From the NCBI GenBank assembly GCA_965222155.1, contig CBDCTH010000012.1, positions 2,208,001 to 2,272,000 of the forward strand: 64,000 nt of DNA, given 5' to 3'. Of the stretch, positions 52,260-63,056 are shown piece after piece; within the stretch, counting starts at the first letter, position 1; every line of letters begins with the position of its first letter. Source of the DNA: Gammaproteobacteria bacterium (GTDB lineage: Bacteria; Pseudomonadota; Gammaproteobacteria; Eutrophobiales; Eutrophobiaceae). Position numbers and translations under genes: made by a program. Below the pieces are notes generated by a model. It searched no databases. It worked only from the letters and a program-made list of their open reading frames with translations, and was not told the origin of the DNA.

Positions 52260-52467
52260 GGCTTTTCCTTGATGATTACGCTGACCGATCCATAAGTCGA
52301 TACACAGTAAGGAACACAATACATCAACAGCATCTTGAAATAGTCAATCATTGACAGGTTGCCGGCACGTATCCGATCAAAATCAGGATTGTCCCCACCA
52401 GCGCACAGACCTTCAATGAATTGATGACAATATCCTCGCGCAGGGCGACCGCTATCCAGCGTTGCAT
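52256..52467 (-). pseudogene. Frameshifted NrtS-like small membrane protein
   Basis: Frame 1 reads ..SLKVCALVGTILILI and frame 2 reads ..KMLLMYCVPYCVSTYGSV. Start and stop overlap both neighbouring genes. Confidence 0.7.
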
Positions 52468-53660
52468 CACAATGGTCCCGACCCTTTTATGCGCAAGTAT
52501 TTCCTGCTCAGCTGTTTCACGGAAGGACAACCGATCAGCATTAAATTCCGTTTGATTTCGGCGCTCAGCAACTGCAAGGCTTGGTCGACGCCCGCCTCTC
52601 CCCCGGCTCCCAGGCCGAATAAATAAGCCCGTCCGATCATCACCGCCTTGGCACCCAGACTGAGGGCCTTGATCACGTCGGTGCCGCGCCGGATACCGCC
52701 ATCCAGGATGATTTCCACCCGGTCGCCCAACGCATCGGCAATCTCGGGTAAGACGCTGATAGGAGAAGCCGCATGGTCGAGTTGCCGGCCACCGTGATTA
52801 GACAGGATCAGTGCACTGACGCCCGTCTCGACAGCCCGCCGGGCATCGTCAAGGCTCAGAATCCCTTTAATTGCAAAGGGGCCGCCCCACTCCTGGATCA
52901 TCCAGGCCATATCGTTCCAGGTCAGCGACGGATCAAACTGCGCGGTGGTATAGTCAATGACGGAGAACAGGTTCCCCACGGCAGAGGCATGCTCGCGCAC
53001 ATTTTCCAGCATCATGCGCGGGCTGGTCAAAAAGTCACAGAGCCAGTCGGGCCGCAGCATGGTGTCAAGTATATTGGATAGCCTGATCTGAGGCGGCACG
53101 GTAAACCCGTTCTTCAGGTCCCGTTCCCGTTGGCCTGCCATGGGCAGGTCCACCGTCAGGCATAAGGCCGTGTAACCGCTTGCCTTGGCCCGCCGGATAA
53201 AATCTTTCAATATTTCCCGATCGCGCCAGACGTAGAGTTGCAACATCTTCGGTCCTTTGCTGACCGAGGCGACGTCTTCAATGGAGGTGGTCGCCACTGA
53301 AGACAGGGAATACATTGTCCGGGCCTTGTGCGCGGCCCGGGCCACCGCCCTCTCTCCGGTATGATGGAACAGCCTGGACATGCCCGTTGGCGCCAATATA
53401 AAAGGAACACCGATGTTGGCGCCTAATACGCTGGTGGACATATCCACGTTCTTGACGTCCACCAGGAAGCGTGGAAGCAGCTCGTAACGGCCGAAGTCCG
53501 CCTGATTGTAGTAACGGGTGACTTCGTCTTCCGCAGCGCCATCCATATAATCGAAGACCGCTTTCGGCAAGCGGCGCTTTGCCGCACGGCGCAGGTCGGC
53601 TATTGAATGGCAGCCGGACAGGATTTTGTTGTTAAGGTAGTCGAACATGGGTGATGACAA
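52467..53660 (-). CDS. FMN-dependent alpha-hydroxy acid dehydrogenase (LldD-like)
   Basis: FDYMDGAAEDE, SNHGGRQLD and DGGIRRGTD. The start may be ATG 53648. Confidence 0.93.
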   Translation of the reverse strand: MSSPMFDYLNNKILSGCHSIADLRRAAKRRLPKAVFDYMDGAAEDEVTRYYNQADFGRYELLPRFLVDVKNVDMSTSVLGANIGVPFILAPTGMSRLFHHTGERAVARAAHKARTMYSLSSVATTSIEDVASVSKGPKMLQLYVWRDREILKDFIRRAKASGYTALCLTVDLPMAGQRERDLKNGFTVPPQIRLSNILDTMLRPDWLCDFLTSPRMMLENVREHASAVGNLFSVIDYTTAQFDPSLTWNDMAWMIQEWGGPFAIKGILSLDDARRAVETGVSALILSNHGGRQLDHAASPISVLPEIADALGDRVEIILDGGIRRGTDVIKALSLGAKAVMIGRAYLFGLGAGGEAGVDQALQLLSAEIKRNLMLIGCPSVKQLSRKYLRIKGSGPL

Positions 53661-53703
53661 AGCCCTGCAGCGCCCCTGGCTGCGCCGGTTATGCCCGCAT
53701 CAG

Positions 53704-54786
53704 TTACACAATTACCGGTATCGGCATTCCCTGGCGCAACAGTACTTTTCTAAGTTGCAGGATGACCGGGAATATCTCCTGGTTCCAGTCGCTTCCCTGC
53801 TGATCGAATGCCGCCTGTTCCAGCTCTACTATCCACCTGTCTTCCGCAAATATCCCTTCGGTAAACCAGATCACAAACGGCCACAAAAATTCCATCAGCC
53901 CCGATGTGGAAGGCTTGCGAATATTCATAAGACCGAAAGTATGGTTGCTGCGCTGCTGCTTATCCAGAGGCACGTAAGTGATCCACAAATCCAGGGCCGG
54001 GTGCTCGCTGCCGGCTGTCCAGAATTTCAGTCGTTGATGGGGATACTGGGTCCTGACAGTCATCAGGTCACGGGGGCGCTCCGCCGTCGGCGCATCCCGC
54101 TTACCCAGTATAACTTTCTCACCTATGGGCTGTTTGCCCGCGCGGGAGAAGGTATAATCCACTTCCACCCAGTCATCGCCCTGGCGCAAATCCAGGAATC
54201 CGGTACGTATCCTGGACATGAGACGGCGGTGCAGGAACTGGTGATTCATATCCATCAGGTTTTCATGCAGGAAGGAATAATGGCAGCCCACTTGCCGGTC
54301 CAGGTAACGGGTCTTGTATTTCGGGTCATGCCAACTGGGCACGTCGGGAAACCCGGCATCCGTTGCCTTGTCGGCAGCGCCCGGAAAAACAAATATGAGG
54401 CCGTATTCTTCGCGGCACGGATAAGCGCGCACCCCCTTGGGCATAAGTTCACTTTTACCGACATAGGGTATATTCACGCACTCACCGGTGTCATCATAGG
54501 TCCAGCCATGGTAACAGCATTGCACCTGTTCCCCGCACACGCTGCCTCGCGACAGCGGCACCTGGCGGTGGGCGCAGCGGTCTTCCAGCGCAAACACCCT
54601 GCCGGAATCTGTCCTTATGATGGCAATGGGATCACCGGCAAACGCCCTGGCGATAGTCTTACCGGGTTTGACGTCCTTGCTGCGCGCCAAAGGATACCAG
54701 TAATCGGGATGGGCGCCGGTCCTGCGCAAGTCACCTGCGCCGGCTTCCGCTGCCGTGGACGCTACCTTGATATTAGTTACGGACAT
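53704..54786 (-). CDS. Rieske oxygenase alpha subunit
   Basis: CAH..CCYHGW Rieske motif, and ENLMDMNH..H mononuclear iron motif. Confidence 0.9.
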   Translation of the reverse strand: MSVTNIKVASTAAEAGAGDLRRTGAHPDYWYPLARSKDVKPGKTIARAFAGDPIAIIRTDSGRVFALEDRCAHRQVPLSRGSVCGEQVQCCYHGWTYDDTGECVNIPYVGKSELMPKGVRAYPCREEYGLIFVFPGAADKATDAGFPDVPSWHDPKYKTRYLDRQVGCHYSFLHENLMDMNHQFLHRRLMSRIRTGFLDLRQGDDWVEVDYTFSRAGKQPIGEKVILGKRDAPTAERPRDLMTVRTQYPHQRLKFWTAGSEHPALDLWITYVPLDKQQRSNHTFGLMNIRKPSTSGLMEFLWPFVIWFTEGIFAEDRWIVELEQAAFDQQGSDWNQEIFPVILQLRKVLLRQGMPIPVIV

Positions 54787-54813
54787 GTATGGTTTCGAAG
54801 ATATTCAGCGTGT

Positions 54814-55719
54814 TTATTGTTTAAGATCGCTATAAAGAATCCGCAGAAACTGCTCCGGATTGATGAACCCGCTGCCCAGGGCTGCGTCATAATCCGCATT
54901 GGGCTTCAGTTCAATAATCTCATCCAGTGACTTTCCTTCGGCAATGAGTTTGTTCATCCTGTCCCGTACCGTCTCCAGCATTTCCAGGTAGCCCTGCATT
55001 CCCTGTTTATCGCTGAGCGGGCCATGTCCCGGGATGATCCGGGTGTTGTCATCAGCTAACGCAAGCAACGTCTTGATGCTGCTGATGAGGCCATCGACAG
55101 ATCCTGCGCTTGAGACGTCAATAAACGGGTAGAATCCGTTAAAAAAGATATCTCCGGTGTGGATTACGTCGGCATTCCTGAAATGAATTACACTGTCACC
55201 GTCGGTATGGGAATTCCGGTAATGTACGACGCTTATCTCTTCGCCATTCAGGCGAAAAGTGACATTATCGTTAAACGTAATCACCGGCAGCGCGGCTTTG
55301 GGGGACGCCGGCACGACCGTATTGGAGGCAACGATTTCCGTATCCCCGGACATGCGCTGGTAGACGTTATCGTGCGCCACGATCAACACCCCCTGGTTGC
55401 CCAGGTTCTCGTTACCGCCGGTGTGGTCATAATGCCAGTGGGTATTGACCAGGAACCTGATCGGCTGGTCTGATAAAACTGCAACGGCAGCCGTGATCCT
55501 CTCAGTCAGGGGAGCAAACTGATCATCGATCATGAATACGCCGTCCGCGCCTGCAGAAACGCCGATATTGCCTCCTTCACCCACCAGCATGTAGATACCC
55601 GATGCAACCTGATGGGTTTTTATTTCCACCCCGGCAAACCTGTCTTCCTGAGCCTGCGCACCTGATAAAACCAGGATGCTGAGGAAAACCAGGAAATAGC
55701 GATGAAATCTGTAATTCAT
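54814..55719 (-). CDS. Secreted MBL-fold metallo-hydrolase
   Basis: Signal peptide; THWHYDHTGGN, HTDGD and IIPGHG. Confidence 0.9.
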   Translation of the reverse strand: MNYRFHRYFLVFLSILVLSGAQAQEDRFAGVEIKTHQVASGIYMLVGEGGNIGVSAGADGVFMIDDQFAPLTERITAAVAVLSDQPIRFLVNTHWHYDHTGGNENLGNQGVLIVAHDNVYQRMSGDTEIVASNTVVPASPKAALPVITFNDNVTFRLNGEEISVVHYRNSHTDGDSVIHFRNADVIHTGDIFFNGFYPFIDVSSAGSVDGLISSIKTLLALADDNTRIIPGHGPLSDKQGMQGYLEMLETVRDRMNKLIAEGKSLDEIIELKPNADYDAALGSGFINPEQFLRILYSDLKQ

Positions 55720-55837
55720 TTTTGGCCTCAGGATCTAAAACGTGCAGTATAACGCATCCTTGATAATATCGAAAACAATAAACCGCCCAATGTGTTATAG
55801 TTGTCTCCCATCTTGATCTGATATATCGTTTAGGCCG

Positions 55838-57379
55838 ATGAGTGAAGATATACTCATTAATGTCACTCCCCATGAGATCCGCGTTGCGGTGGTCGAAAAC
55901 GGGGTGCTGCAGGACGTTCATATTGAAAGGACCCGCAAACGCGGCCTGGTGGGAAACATAATAAAAGGGCGCGTGTACCGGGTGTTGCCAGGCATGCAGT
56001 CGGCCTTTGTCGACATCGGCCTGGAACGCACTGGTTTTTTACATGTCTCAGACCTGGTTGAGACCGTCGAGGACCTGGAAGTGGAGTCCGTTGCCGGCGC
56101 ACTTGCAGTAAATTCCATTGACACCTTATTGACCGAAGGTCAGGAATTGCTGGTGCAGGTCGTGAAAGACCCGATCGGCGCCAAAGGCGCCCGCCTCACC
56201 ACCCGTATTTCCATCCCGTCCCGCTACCTGGTGTTTATTCCGAACCATGCTATTGCCGGCGTCTCGCAGCGGATAGAGGATGAAGTGGAGCGGGAGCGTT
56301 TACGCGGGGCAATCACCCATTACCAGTCCGACGTCCAATCCGTGGCGCTGGGCGCGGGCGGCGGCACTGCCGTGTTACATACCATGAAGCCGGAAGTCGC
56401 CAAGGGCGGTTTCATAATAAGAACGGCTGCGGAGGGCGCTGACGAGGAAAAACTGCACAGGGATATGGACTTTCTGCTCAAGCTGTGGGGTTCGATATCC
56501 ATCCGCGCAAAAAATACGTTCGCACCCGCTTTGATCCATGAGGACTTGCCCCTGGTGATACGCACCATGCGCGATTTAATTCATGGCGAGGTAGAAAAAA
56601 TACGCATTGATTCCAAGGAAACTTATAAGCGGGTGATGGAGTTCAGCAAACATTTCATCCCTGATTTCCTGGGCAGGATCGAATACTACTCCGGTGAACG
56701 ACCCATACTGGATCTGTATTCCATAGAGGATGAAATGCAAAAATCCCTGGACCGCAAGGTGCAGTTGAAATCCGGCGGCCACCTTGTCATCGACCAGACC
56801 GAGGCGATGACGACCATAGACGTCAATACCGGCGCCTTCGTGGGCCACCGGAACCTGGAAGAAACCATTTACAAGACCAACCAGGAAGCTGCCCACGCCA
56901 TAGCCAAACAACTGCGCCTGCGCAACCTGGGCGGTATCATCATCATAGATTTTATCGACATGCAGGAGCAGGAGCACGCCCGCCAGGTACTCCGTACACT
57001 GGAAAAACGCGTCGAGAAAGATCATTCCAAAGTCACCATCAGTGAATTCACGTCGCTTGGCCTGGTGCAGCTCACGCGCAAGCGCACCCGGGAAAGTCTT
57101 GAACAAATCCTGTGCGAACCTTGTCCAACCTGTAACGGCAGGGGCACCATGAAGACGCCGGAAACCGTCTGCTACGAAATATTCCGGGAAATCCTGCGCG
57201 AAGTCCGGCAGTTTGACGGCAATAAGCTGCTGGTAATAGCAGCGCAGACCATCGTCGATATGCTGATAGACGAAGAGTCTGCCAGCGTGGCGGAATTGGA
57301 GGAATTTATCGGCAGGCCGATTACCTTTCAGGTTGAACCACTGTATATCAGAGAACAGTATGACATTGTGTTGCTTTAG
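55838..57379 (+). CDS. rng: Ribonuclease G
   Basis: VLPGMQSAFVDIG, IDVNTG and LRNLGGIIIIDFIDM; lies upstream of yhdP. Confidence 0.96.
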   Translation: MSEDILINVTPHEIRVAVVENGVLQDVHIERTRKRGLVGNIIKGRVYRVLPGMQSAFVDIGLERTGFLHVSDLVETVEDLEVESVAGALAVNSIDTLLTEGQELLVQVVKDPIGAKGARLTTRISIPSRYLVFIPNHAIAGVSQRIEDEVERERLRGAITHYQSDVQSVALGAGGGTAVLHTMKPEVAKGGFIIRTAAEGADEEKLHRDMDFLLKLWGSISIRAKNTFAPALIHEDLPLVIRTMRDLIHGEVEKIRIDSKETYKRVMEFSKHFIPDFLGRIEYYSGERPILDLYSIEDEMQKSLDRKVQLKSGGHLVIDQTEAMTTIDVNTGAFVGHRNLEETIYKTNQEAAHAIAKQLRLRNLGGIIIIDFIDMQEQEHARQVLRTLEKRVEKDHSKVTISEFTSLGLVQLTRKRTRESLEQILCEPCPTCNGRGTMKTPETVCYEIFREILREVRQFDGNKLLVIAAQTIVDMLIDEESASVAELEEFIGRPITFQVEPLYIREQYDIVLL

Positions 57380-57390
57380 CCGGCCGGCCC

Positions 57391-60300
57391 ATGTCCCGTA
57401 GAATCAACGAGAGACTATATCACGCTACCCTCTATCTCGTCGGCGCGGTTGTCCTGTTAACGGCAATAGCGATTACCGGAGTACGCCTGGCCCTGCCGGA
57501 TATCGGCCGCTATAAAGATATCATCGAAACCTGGACCGGTCAGTACCTGGAACAAACCGTCAAGGTCGATTCGATCAGCGCCGAGTGGCAAGGGTGGATT
57601 CCCAGCCTGTCGCTCACGGGGGTTGAGTTGCGCAGCCAGGACGGCGCGAAAAAAATCAGCAGTTTTGATGCTGTAAAACTGGAAATATCTCCCCTTGTTT
57701 CGTTCTGGAAACGCCGGCCGATACCCAGACGCATCGTGATTTCAGGCTTACGCGTGTCGGTCTCGCGCCTGTCCGACGGGGCGCTGCTCGTCGAGGAAAT
57801 CAATATCGGCCACACGGACAGCGATCAGGAAAATGAGTTCGTCAAATGGTTGTTCGGACAAGACCGGATAGAGGTCCAGGACACCAGCGTCACCTGGATT
57901 GATCATAAACACCGGCAAGCCCCCATCCATTTCACTGATGTCAGCCTGGCTATCCGCACCAACGGCGTCAGGTCCCAGCTGACGGGAGAGCTGGATCTCC
58001 CGGACAAATACGGCGAGAAGATGAGTTTTGCCCTTGATGCAACCGGCGAACTCTGGACTTCCGGCTGGTCCGGGGAAATGTACGCAACGGCCACTCAGGT
58101 TAACCCGGACAGCTGGTACCGGGAATTTCGCCCTCAACAGATATCACCCGCCGGAGGCAGCGCAGACCTGGAGCTCTGGAGCAGCTGGGAAGATGCAAAA
58201 CCTGTCGGCTTACAGGGACGCCTGGCATACCGTGATTTCGTTGTATTATCCGCCGGCGAGGCCCTTAACGTTGCAGAAATGGCGGGGCGGTTCAAGGGCG
58301 GGAAACTGCCGGATGCGGATTGGCATTTTGCCCTGAAACTGGACCGCTTGGTAACTGAAAACGGCAGTTGGCCGGTTTCAAACCTGGAATTTGTCATCCC
58401 GGCGCAAACAGGACAACGCCATGCACTGAGCTTCGATTACCTGAATCTTGCCGACCTCATGCCGCTTGCGGCAGGCCTGGAAGCCATTCCCGACCCAATC
58501 AGGCGCTTGCTGGATACGACATCAATACGGGGTAAATTGATGGACGGCCTGATTGTCCATGACAAGCGTACCGACCCTGCAGAAGCGCTTGCTTACGATT
58601 TCGTTTTCAGTAACCTGGATGCCGGTCTGGGCCCGCAGCAGCCGGCAGTCAGCAAATTGTCAGGCAGGTTACGCGGATCGGATAACCGGGCAAGCGTTAC
58701 CATGAGCGGGAGCGCCGGCCAGTTAAGCATACCGGCCCTGTACAGCAACCAACTCCGCTTCAAGCGCATCGACGGGGCGCTTTCCTGGTCGCGAACGGTA
58801 GCTGGCTGGGCACTGCATACTGACCGCTTTTTCATGGAAAACAGTGACTTGTCCCTGACAATCAAAGGCGACCTCGAACAGGGCGAGGCGCGTCCGTTAC
58901 CGTATTTAAACCTTATTACGGAACTGCGCAGCAAGCGACTGGAAAACATGCACAGCTACATGCCGTACACGCCTAAATTCCGAATCAGGGAGTGGATGGA
59001 GAGATCCCTTCACGCGGGGTATGTCGATTCGGCCATCGCCGTCATACGCGGCTATCCGGATGAGTTCCCGTTCAGGAATAACAACGGGCAGATGCGCGCT
59101 GTGGTAAACCTGTCCCACAGCATTGTCGAATACTCCGACAAATGGCCAATCGTGGATAATGTCGAGGCCGGGATCCTGTTTGATAACGAAGAAATGACAG
59201 CAAATGTCCGCCGCGGCAACGTATTCGGTGCTGAAGTCACCAGTGCGACCGGCATTATCCATGACCTGACCAAACGGCCCAAGGTGGTAGTCCTTGAGGG
59301 AAATGTCAGGGGCGCGGAAAAAGAACTGGAATTATTTATTTCGCAAAGCCCGCTGGCGCAGGACAGGATAATCGAATATGCCAACCAGTCTCTTGTGGCA
59401 GGCACGTTTGACATGGACTTGAACATGCGCATCCCGATAAAGGCGCTACAACTGCAATCCGTCATCGAAGGAACACTCAAACTCGAGGATGCAAAGCTGG
59501 TCTCCGATGCCGGCAACGTGGAGCTTGAACAGGTCAACGGCGCGCTCAGCTTTACCCGGGATTCTGTTTCCGGACACGGCCTGGACGCGCGCTTCGCGGG
59601 ACACCCGGTAACACTGAGCATGTCAGGGTCCAAAAACAGTCCCGATAAGCCACCTGCTTTCACCATAGCAGGGCATTCAGCCGATGAGTCCATGATCGAC
59701 CAAATCATTGAACGTTTTCCCGGCGCTACGCATTTCGCGGCCAGGCTGAGAGAACGCGTTTCCGGGTCGGCAGACTGGCAAGCCCGGTTCAGCTTTGGAC
59801 AGACTCCCGAGGGATTGACTCAGCATATTGATATTTCATCAGATTTATATGGGCTGGCGATAGACTTGCCGAAACCGCTGTGGAAGCCGACCTACTCCAG
59901 GAGAATGCTGAACGTCAGTAAAACGTTGTCGGGACCGACGCCGACTGAATTGACCTATGATCCCGGTGTCTACGCCAGGCTCCACCCCGCACCGGACAAC
60001 AGGCTCAAAGGGCTGGACATCTTTCTCGGAGACGGGTCGCACACCGGGCCGAGCGGCGCCGGAGTAAACCTGTTCGGCTACACGGAAATACTGCTGCTGG
60101 ATGAATGGCGCGAAGCCATCGCGTTCTTCGCTCCCGAACAGGTGGATGAAACCAGTTTCTTCAGCTCTGCAAATATCAATGTGGACCTTGAGACAGACCT
60201 CTTGAGAGTATTTAACCAATCGTTCAGGGATACCGGTCTGAGGGCGAACAAGAGTACACAGAGTTGGCGTGTGAATTTGCGCGGAGAGGACATATCAGGC

Positions 60301-61290
60301 GAAATTATCTTTCCCAAATACCCTGCCCATGAAAACAGGCTAAAACTTGACCTGGAGAAACTGGTTGTAAGCAAGGCTCATGATGACAGCGTCACCGATA
60401 ATGTGGACCCGAAACTCCTGCCCCCTCTCGAGGCAGAGGTGGCCGAACTTGTATACGGGGACTATCAACTCGGCAGGATGCGGCTTGTCGCATCACCCGT
60501 TCATAACGGACTGTCCTTTGATGAGATTAAATTCACTAAACCAGGACTGAATATAGAAGGCTCAGGGGTTTGGGAGAAATCCGGCGGTATCGACAAATCG
60601 AGCTTCGACATCACATTGCAGGCTAAGACATTCGCCGCTATGCTGGAGACGTTCGGCTACGATATCACCGCCATAAAAAAAGGGAAGACAGACATCGCCA
60701 TCAATGCCGGCTGGTATGGTCCGCCTTATGATTTTTCGCTGGATAAACTGGGCGGCACGTTTGCTATCCATATGAAGAAAGGCCGAGTCCTCGATGTAGA
60801 CCCGGCCGCGGGGAGGTTATTCGGTTTATTGAGTATCCAGACCCTCCCCAGGCGCTTGTCACTGGACTTCAGTGATTTATTCGGCAAAGGTCTGGCATTT
60901 GATAAAATCACCGGGAATTTCAATATCACCAGCGGACATGCCTATACCAACAACCTGCATCTGGTTGGACCCGGCGCCGATGTTGCGGTGAGCGGCAGAA
61001 CCGGACTGGCTGATCGGGATTATGACCAGATTGTCACCGTAACCCCCCAGTTCGCTGATAACCTGCCGGTTGCCAGCGCCCTGTTAGGCCCGGTCGGCAT
61101 CGGAGTCGGCGCAGTGCTCTACCTGGCCGGCAACATGTTCGAGTCGATCAACGACAATATCAACAAAATGCTCATCCATCAATACACAATCAAAGGCAAT
61201 TGGTACAATCCGAAAATAGAGAAGATTGGAAACCTCCCGGCCGCTAAGCAGGCGGGCATTCCCACCGTTCCGCAACCTGTCTCTCCTTAA
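57391..61290 (+). CDS. yhdP: YhdP (AsmA-like lipid transfer protein)
   Basis: 1299 aa, N-terminal TM, GRLFGLLS..LPRRLSLDFSDLF; rng synteny. Confidence 0.9.
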   Translation: MSRRINERLYHATLYLVGAVVLLTAIAITGVRLALPDIGRYKDIIETWTGQYLEQTVKVDSISAEWQGWIPSLSLTGVELRSQDGAKKISSFDAVKLEISPLVSFWKRRPIPRRIVISGLRVSVSRLSDGALLVEEINIGHTDSDQENEFVKWLFGQDRIEVQDTSVTWIDHKHRQAPIHFTDVSLAIRTNGVRSQLTGELDLPDKYGEKMSFALDATGELWTSGWSGEMYATATQVNPDSWYREFRPQQISPAGGSADLELWSSWEDAKPVGLQGRLAYRDFVVLSAGEALNVAEMAGRFKGGKLPDADWHFALKLDRLVTENGSWPVSNLEFVIPAQTGQRHALSFDYLNLADLMPLAAGLEAIPDPIRRLLDTTSIRGKLMDGLIVHDKRTDPAEALAYDFVFSNLDAGLGPQQPAVSKLSGRLRGSDNRASVTMSGSAGQLSIPALYSNQLRFKRIDGALSWSRTVAGWALHTDRFFMENSDLSLTIKGDLEQGEARPLPYLNLITELRSKRLENMHSYMPYTPKFRIREWMERSLHAGYVDSAIAVIRGYPDEFPFRNNNGQMRAVVNLSHSIVEYSDKWPIVDNVEAGILFDNEEMTANVRRGNVFGAEVTSATGIIHDLTKRPKVVVLEGNVRGAEKELELFISQSPLAQDRIIEYANQSLVAGTFDMDLNMRIPIKALQLQSVIEGTLKLEDAKLVSDAGNVELEQVNGALSFTRDSVSGHGLDARFAGHPVTLSMSGSKNSPDKPPAFTIAGHSADESMIDQIIERFPGATHFAARLRERVSGSADWQARFSFGQTPEGLTQHIDISSDLYGLAIDLPKPLWKPTYSRRMLNVSKTLSGPTPTELTYDPGVYARLHPAPDNRLKGLDIFLGDGSHTGPSGAGVNLFGYTEILLLDEWREAIAFFAPEQVDETSFFSSANINVDLETDLLRVFNQSFRDTGLRANKSTQSWRVNLRGEDISGEIIFPKYPAHENRLKLDLEKLVVSKAHDDSVTDNVDPKLLPPLEAEVAELVYGDYQLGRMRLVASPVHNGLSFDEIKFTKPGLNIEGSGVWEKSGGIDKSSFDITLQAKTFAAMLETFGYDITAIKKGKTDIAINAGWYGPPYDFSLDKLGGTFAIHMKKGRVLDVDPAAGRLFGLLSIQTLPRRLSLDFSDLFGKGLAFDKITGNFNITSGHAYTNNLHLVGPGADVAVSGRTGLADRDYDQIVTVTPQFADNLPVASALLGPVGIGVGAVLYLAGNMFESINDNINKMLIHQYTIKGNWYNPKIEKIGNLPAAKQAGIPTVPQPVSP

Positions 61291-61329
61291 AGGACAGCAT
61301 TTGAATACTGACACAGGTAGCCGGAGTTG

Positions 61330-61962
61330 TCAGTAAAATACCCGGGGCTTAAAGTCTGCTTGATTGATGATGCTGGCACTGCTGCCGGTGGCCCGTATCA
61401 CATACAGACCCTGCCGCTCCGCATAGACTGCCACAGTAGCATCCGCCTTCAGGAACGCCACCGCACCCAATACCTTCATCCCTTTGAACCCTGTCACCCA
61501 ACCCGTGAAGTTATCCAGCTTCTTCAAAAAATGCGTCACGTCTTTGGCCTGTAGCGTGGTCTTCACTTCCACCACCACCACCACTTCCTCACCATTAGCA
61601 GCCAGGATGTCATACTCATAATGTTCACCATTCCGCCGACCACTCACCCGGGGATACGTCGATTGCACCGCTATCCCCTGTTGGCGTAACAAGGATACCA
61701 GGTCGCCTTCCACCAGACTCTCCATCAACTTGCCCCACTGGCTGTTAAATAATGAATCCAACTTCTTCAGCCGCCGGTCGGTCTCCTTCATCTGTCGGTC
61801 GGTTTCCCTGAACAGTTTTTTGATCTCCTCCGTTTGTCGGTCGGCTTCTTTCTTTCCCTCTTCCATTCGTTGGTCGAACTCTTTTTGCTTCACCGATACA
61901 TCGCGCAAAATGTTCCAGATTTCCTCGGGGGTGGCAGATTCTCGATGTGGTCGGTTTTCCAT
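61330..61962 (-). CDS. Coiled-coil + PD-(D/E)xK-like protein (DUF3782-like)
   Basis: ETDRQMKETDRR repeats, WGKLME and EYDIL..VEVKT. Confidence 0.8.
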   Translation of the reverse strand: MENRPHRESATPEEIWNILRDVSVKQKEFDQRMEEGKKEADRQTEEIKKLFRETDRQMKETDRRLKKLDSLFNSQWGKLMESLVEGDLVSLLRQQGIAVQSTYPRVSGRRNGEHYEYDILAANGEEVVVVVEVKTTLQAKDVTHFLKKLDNFTGWVTGFKGMKVLGAVAFLKADATVAVYAERQGLYVIRATGSSASIINQADFKPRVFY

Positions 61963-62215
61963 GTTTATCTTCTCCCTTTCTCTCCTAAGTTCGCCAGAGA
62001 ATAACAAGAATACCGGAACATATCAAATTTAAAATCAGTTCAAAATCAGGCGGAGGACGTCAGGGGAGACCAAGCCAAATCAACATAACCGGGGATAGAA
62101 CTGGAGGGCCGCGTATTCCCTGAGGGTCGGGTCACGGTGAAAAAAACGAACCCGACTCGGCAATACAACCAACTGATAAAGTTAGCGGGAACGGCCGGGG
62201 TTTGATATTGATATA

Positions 62216-62428
62216 GTGTTTTCCAATTCTAAAATGAGCCTGAAGAGAGAAATTCTGACTCGACATCAAGCCTGTTTCTGCTCCTGTTCATAAATGGTAG
62301 TAACGAGTTTACGGCGCGCCTGTTGCAAGGCATCGGCGGCCGCGTTGTCGCTGGTCCGGTAAGCAGTCTTATCCAGTATCGCAAAGCTTACGCCCGGTTT
62401 CAAACACTCTAGCTGCTTGCAAAGATTT
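62216..62428 (-). mobile_element. 3' remnant of a DDE/integrase-type transposase with its IS end
   Basis: Hand translation KSL..CLKPGVSFAILDKTAYRTSDNAAADALQQARRKL..* (stop 62266-62268), followed by CTTCAGGCTCATTTTAGAATTGGAAAACAC. Confidence 0.65.
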
Positions 62429-62565
62429 CGTCAATATCCAGAGATTCCACTGTTGACTTGAATAATGCGCCTCATTATACTGAATTAACACTAAAAGTTT
62501 GCGAAAAACTTTTTTCGGCCTGTTCAAAAATCCCGGTTTTATAAGGGTTTGAGATACTATCTGGC

Positions 62566-62636
62566 GTTAGCGGGAATTGCTGTCCTCCCTCTGACAGTTC
62601 CCCCTAACTCCCGGGATCGAGGGCATCCTGCCCTCA
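62566..62636. repeat. Partial family A repeats
   Basis: GTTAGCGGGAA.. and CAGTTCCCCTAACTCCCGGGATCGAGGGCATCCTGCCCTC. Confidence 0.75.
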
Positions 62637-62889
62637 CTCTCCAGAAAATCCACAAACTCATCGACATTCTCATCCAAGATGGAGCCCGCAAAGGTTTCGT
62701 CAACACCTGGTGAATCCACCTTGAACGTCAACGTCGCGCCGTTTTCCTGATATTCGACCGTCATAGTAAGCGGTTGTTTTGCCGAGGGCTCTACCCCGAC
62801 AAAAAAACAGGACATTTTTCCTTTTAATTCAGTTAGTAACGATAGAATATGGAATGGTCGTGATTAGAAAATACTGACCATCGACTTGA

Positions 62890-63030
62890 TTAAAAACGTG
62901 CTGTAACATCCCAAGTCTTGCTGCCATTCTTTGTCGCACAAACATACTTGGCACCGCTATCAATGAAACTCTGTACAATTTTACCCACATCATCAGATGG
63001 TACCTCTTTCAAGCTCTCTTCTCTACTCAT
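62890..63030 (-). CDS. Small hypothetical protein (46 aa)
   Basis: GAGGAG RBS; MSREESLKEVPSDDVGKIVQSFIDSGAKYVCATKNGSKTWDVTARF*; lies directly after the upstream gene. Confidence 0.6.
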   Translation of the reverse strand: MSREESLKEVPSDDVGKIVQSFIDSGAKYVCATKNGSKTWDVTARF

Positions 63031-63056
63031 GATGATGTCTCCTCATTCGTTACCTG

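Noticed and set aside
53647-54930. 427-aa + strand ORF and other long antisense ORFs (e.g. 9610-10329, 26124-26852, 32260-32922)
   Set aside because: They are shadows of well-supported genes on the opposite strand and have no motifs.
62567-62815. 82-aa ORF
   Set aside because: Its C-terminus is repeat-derived. The remainder may be a gene fragment, but I could not assign a family.
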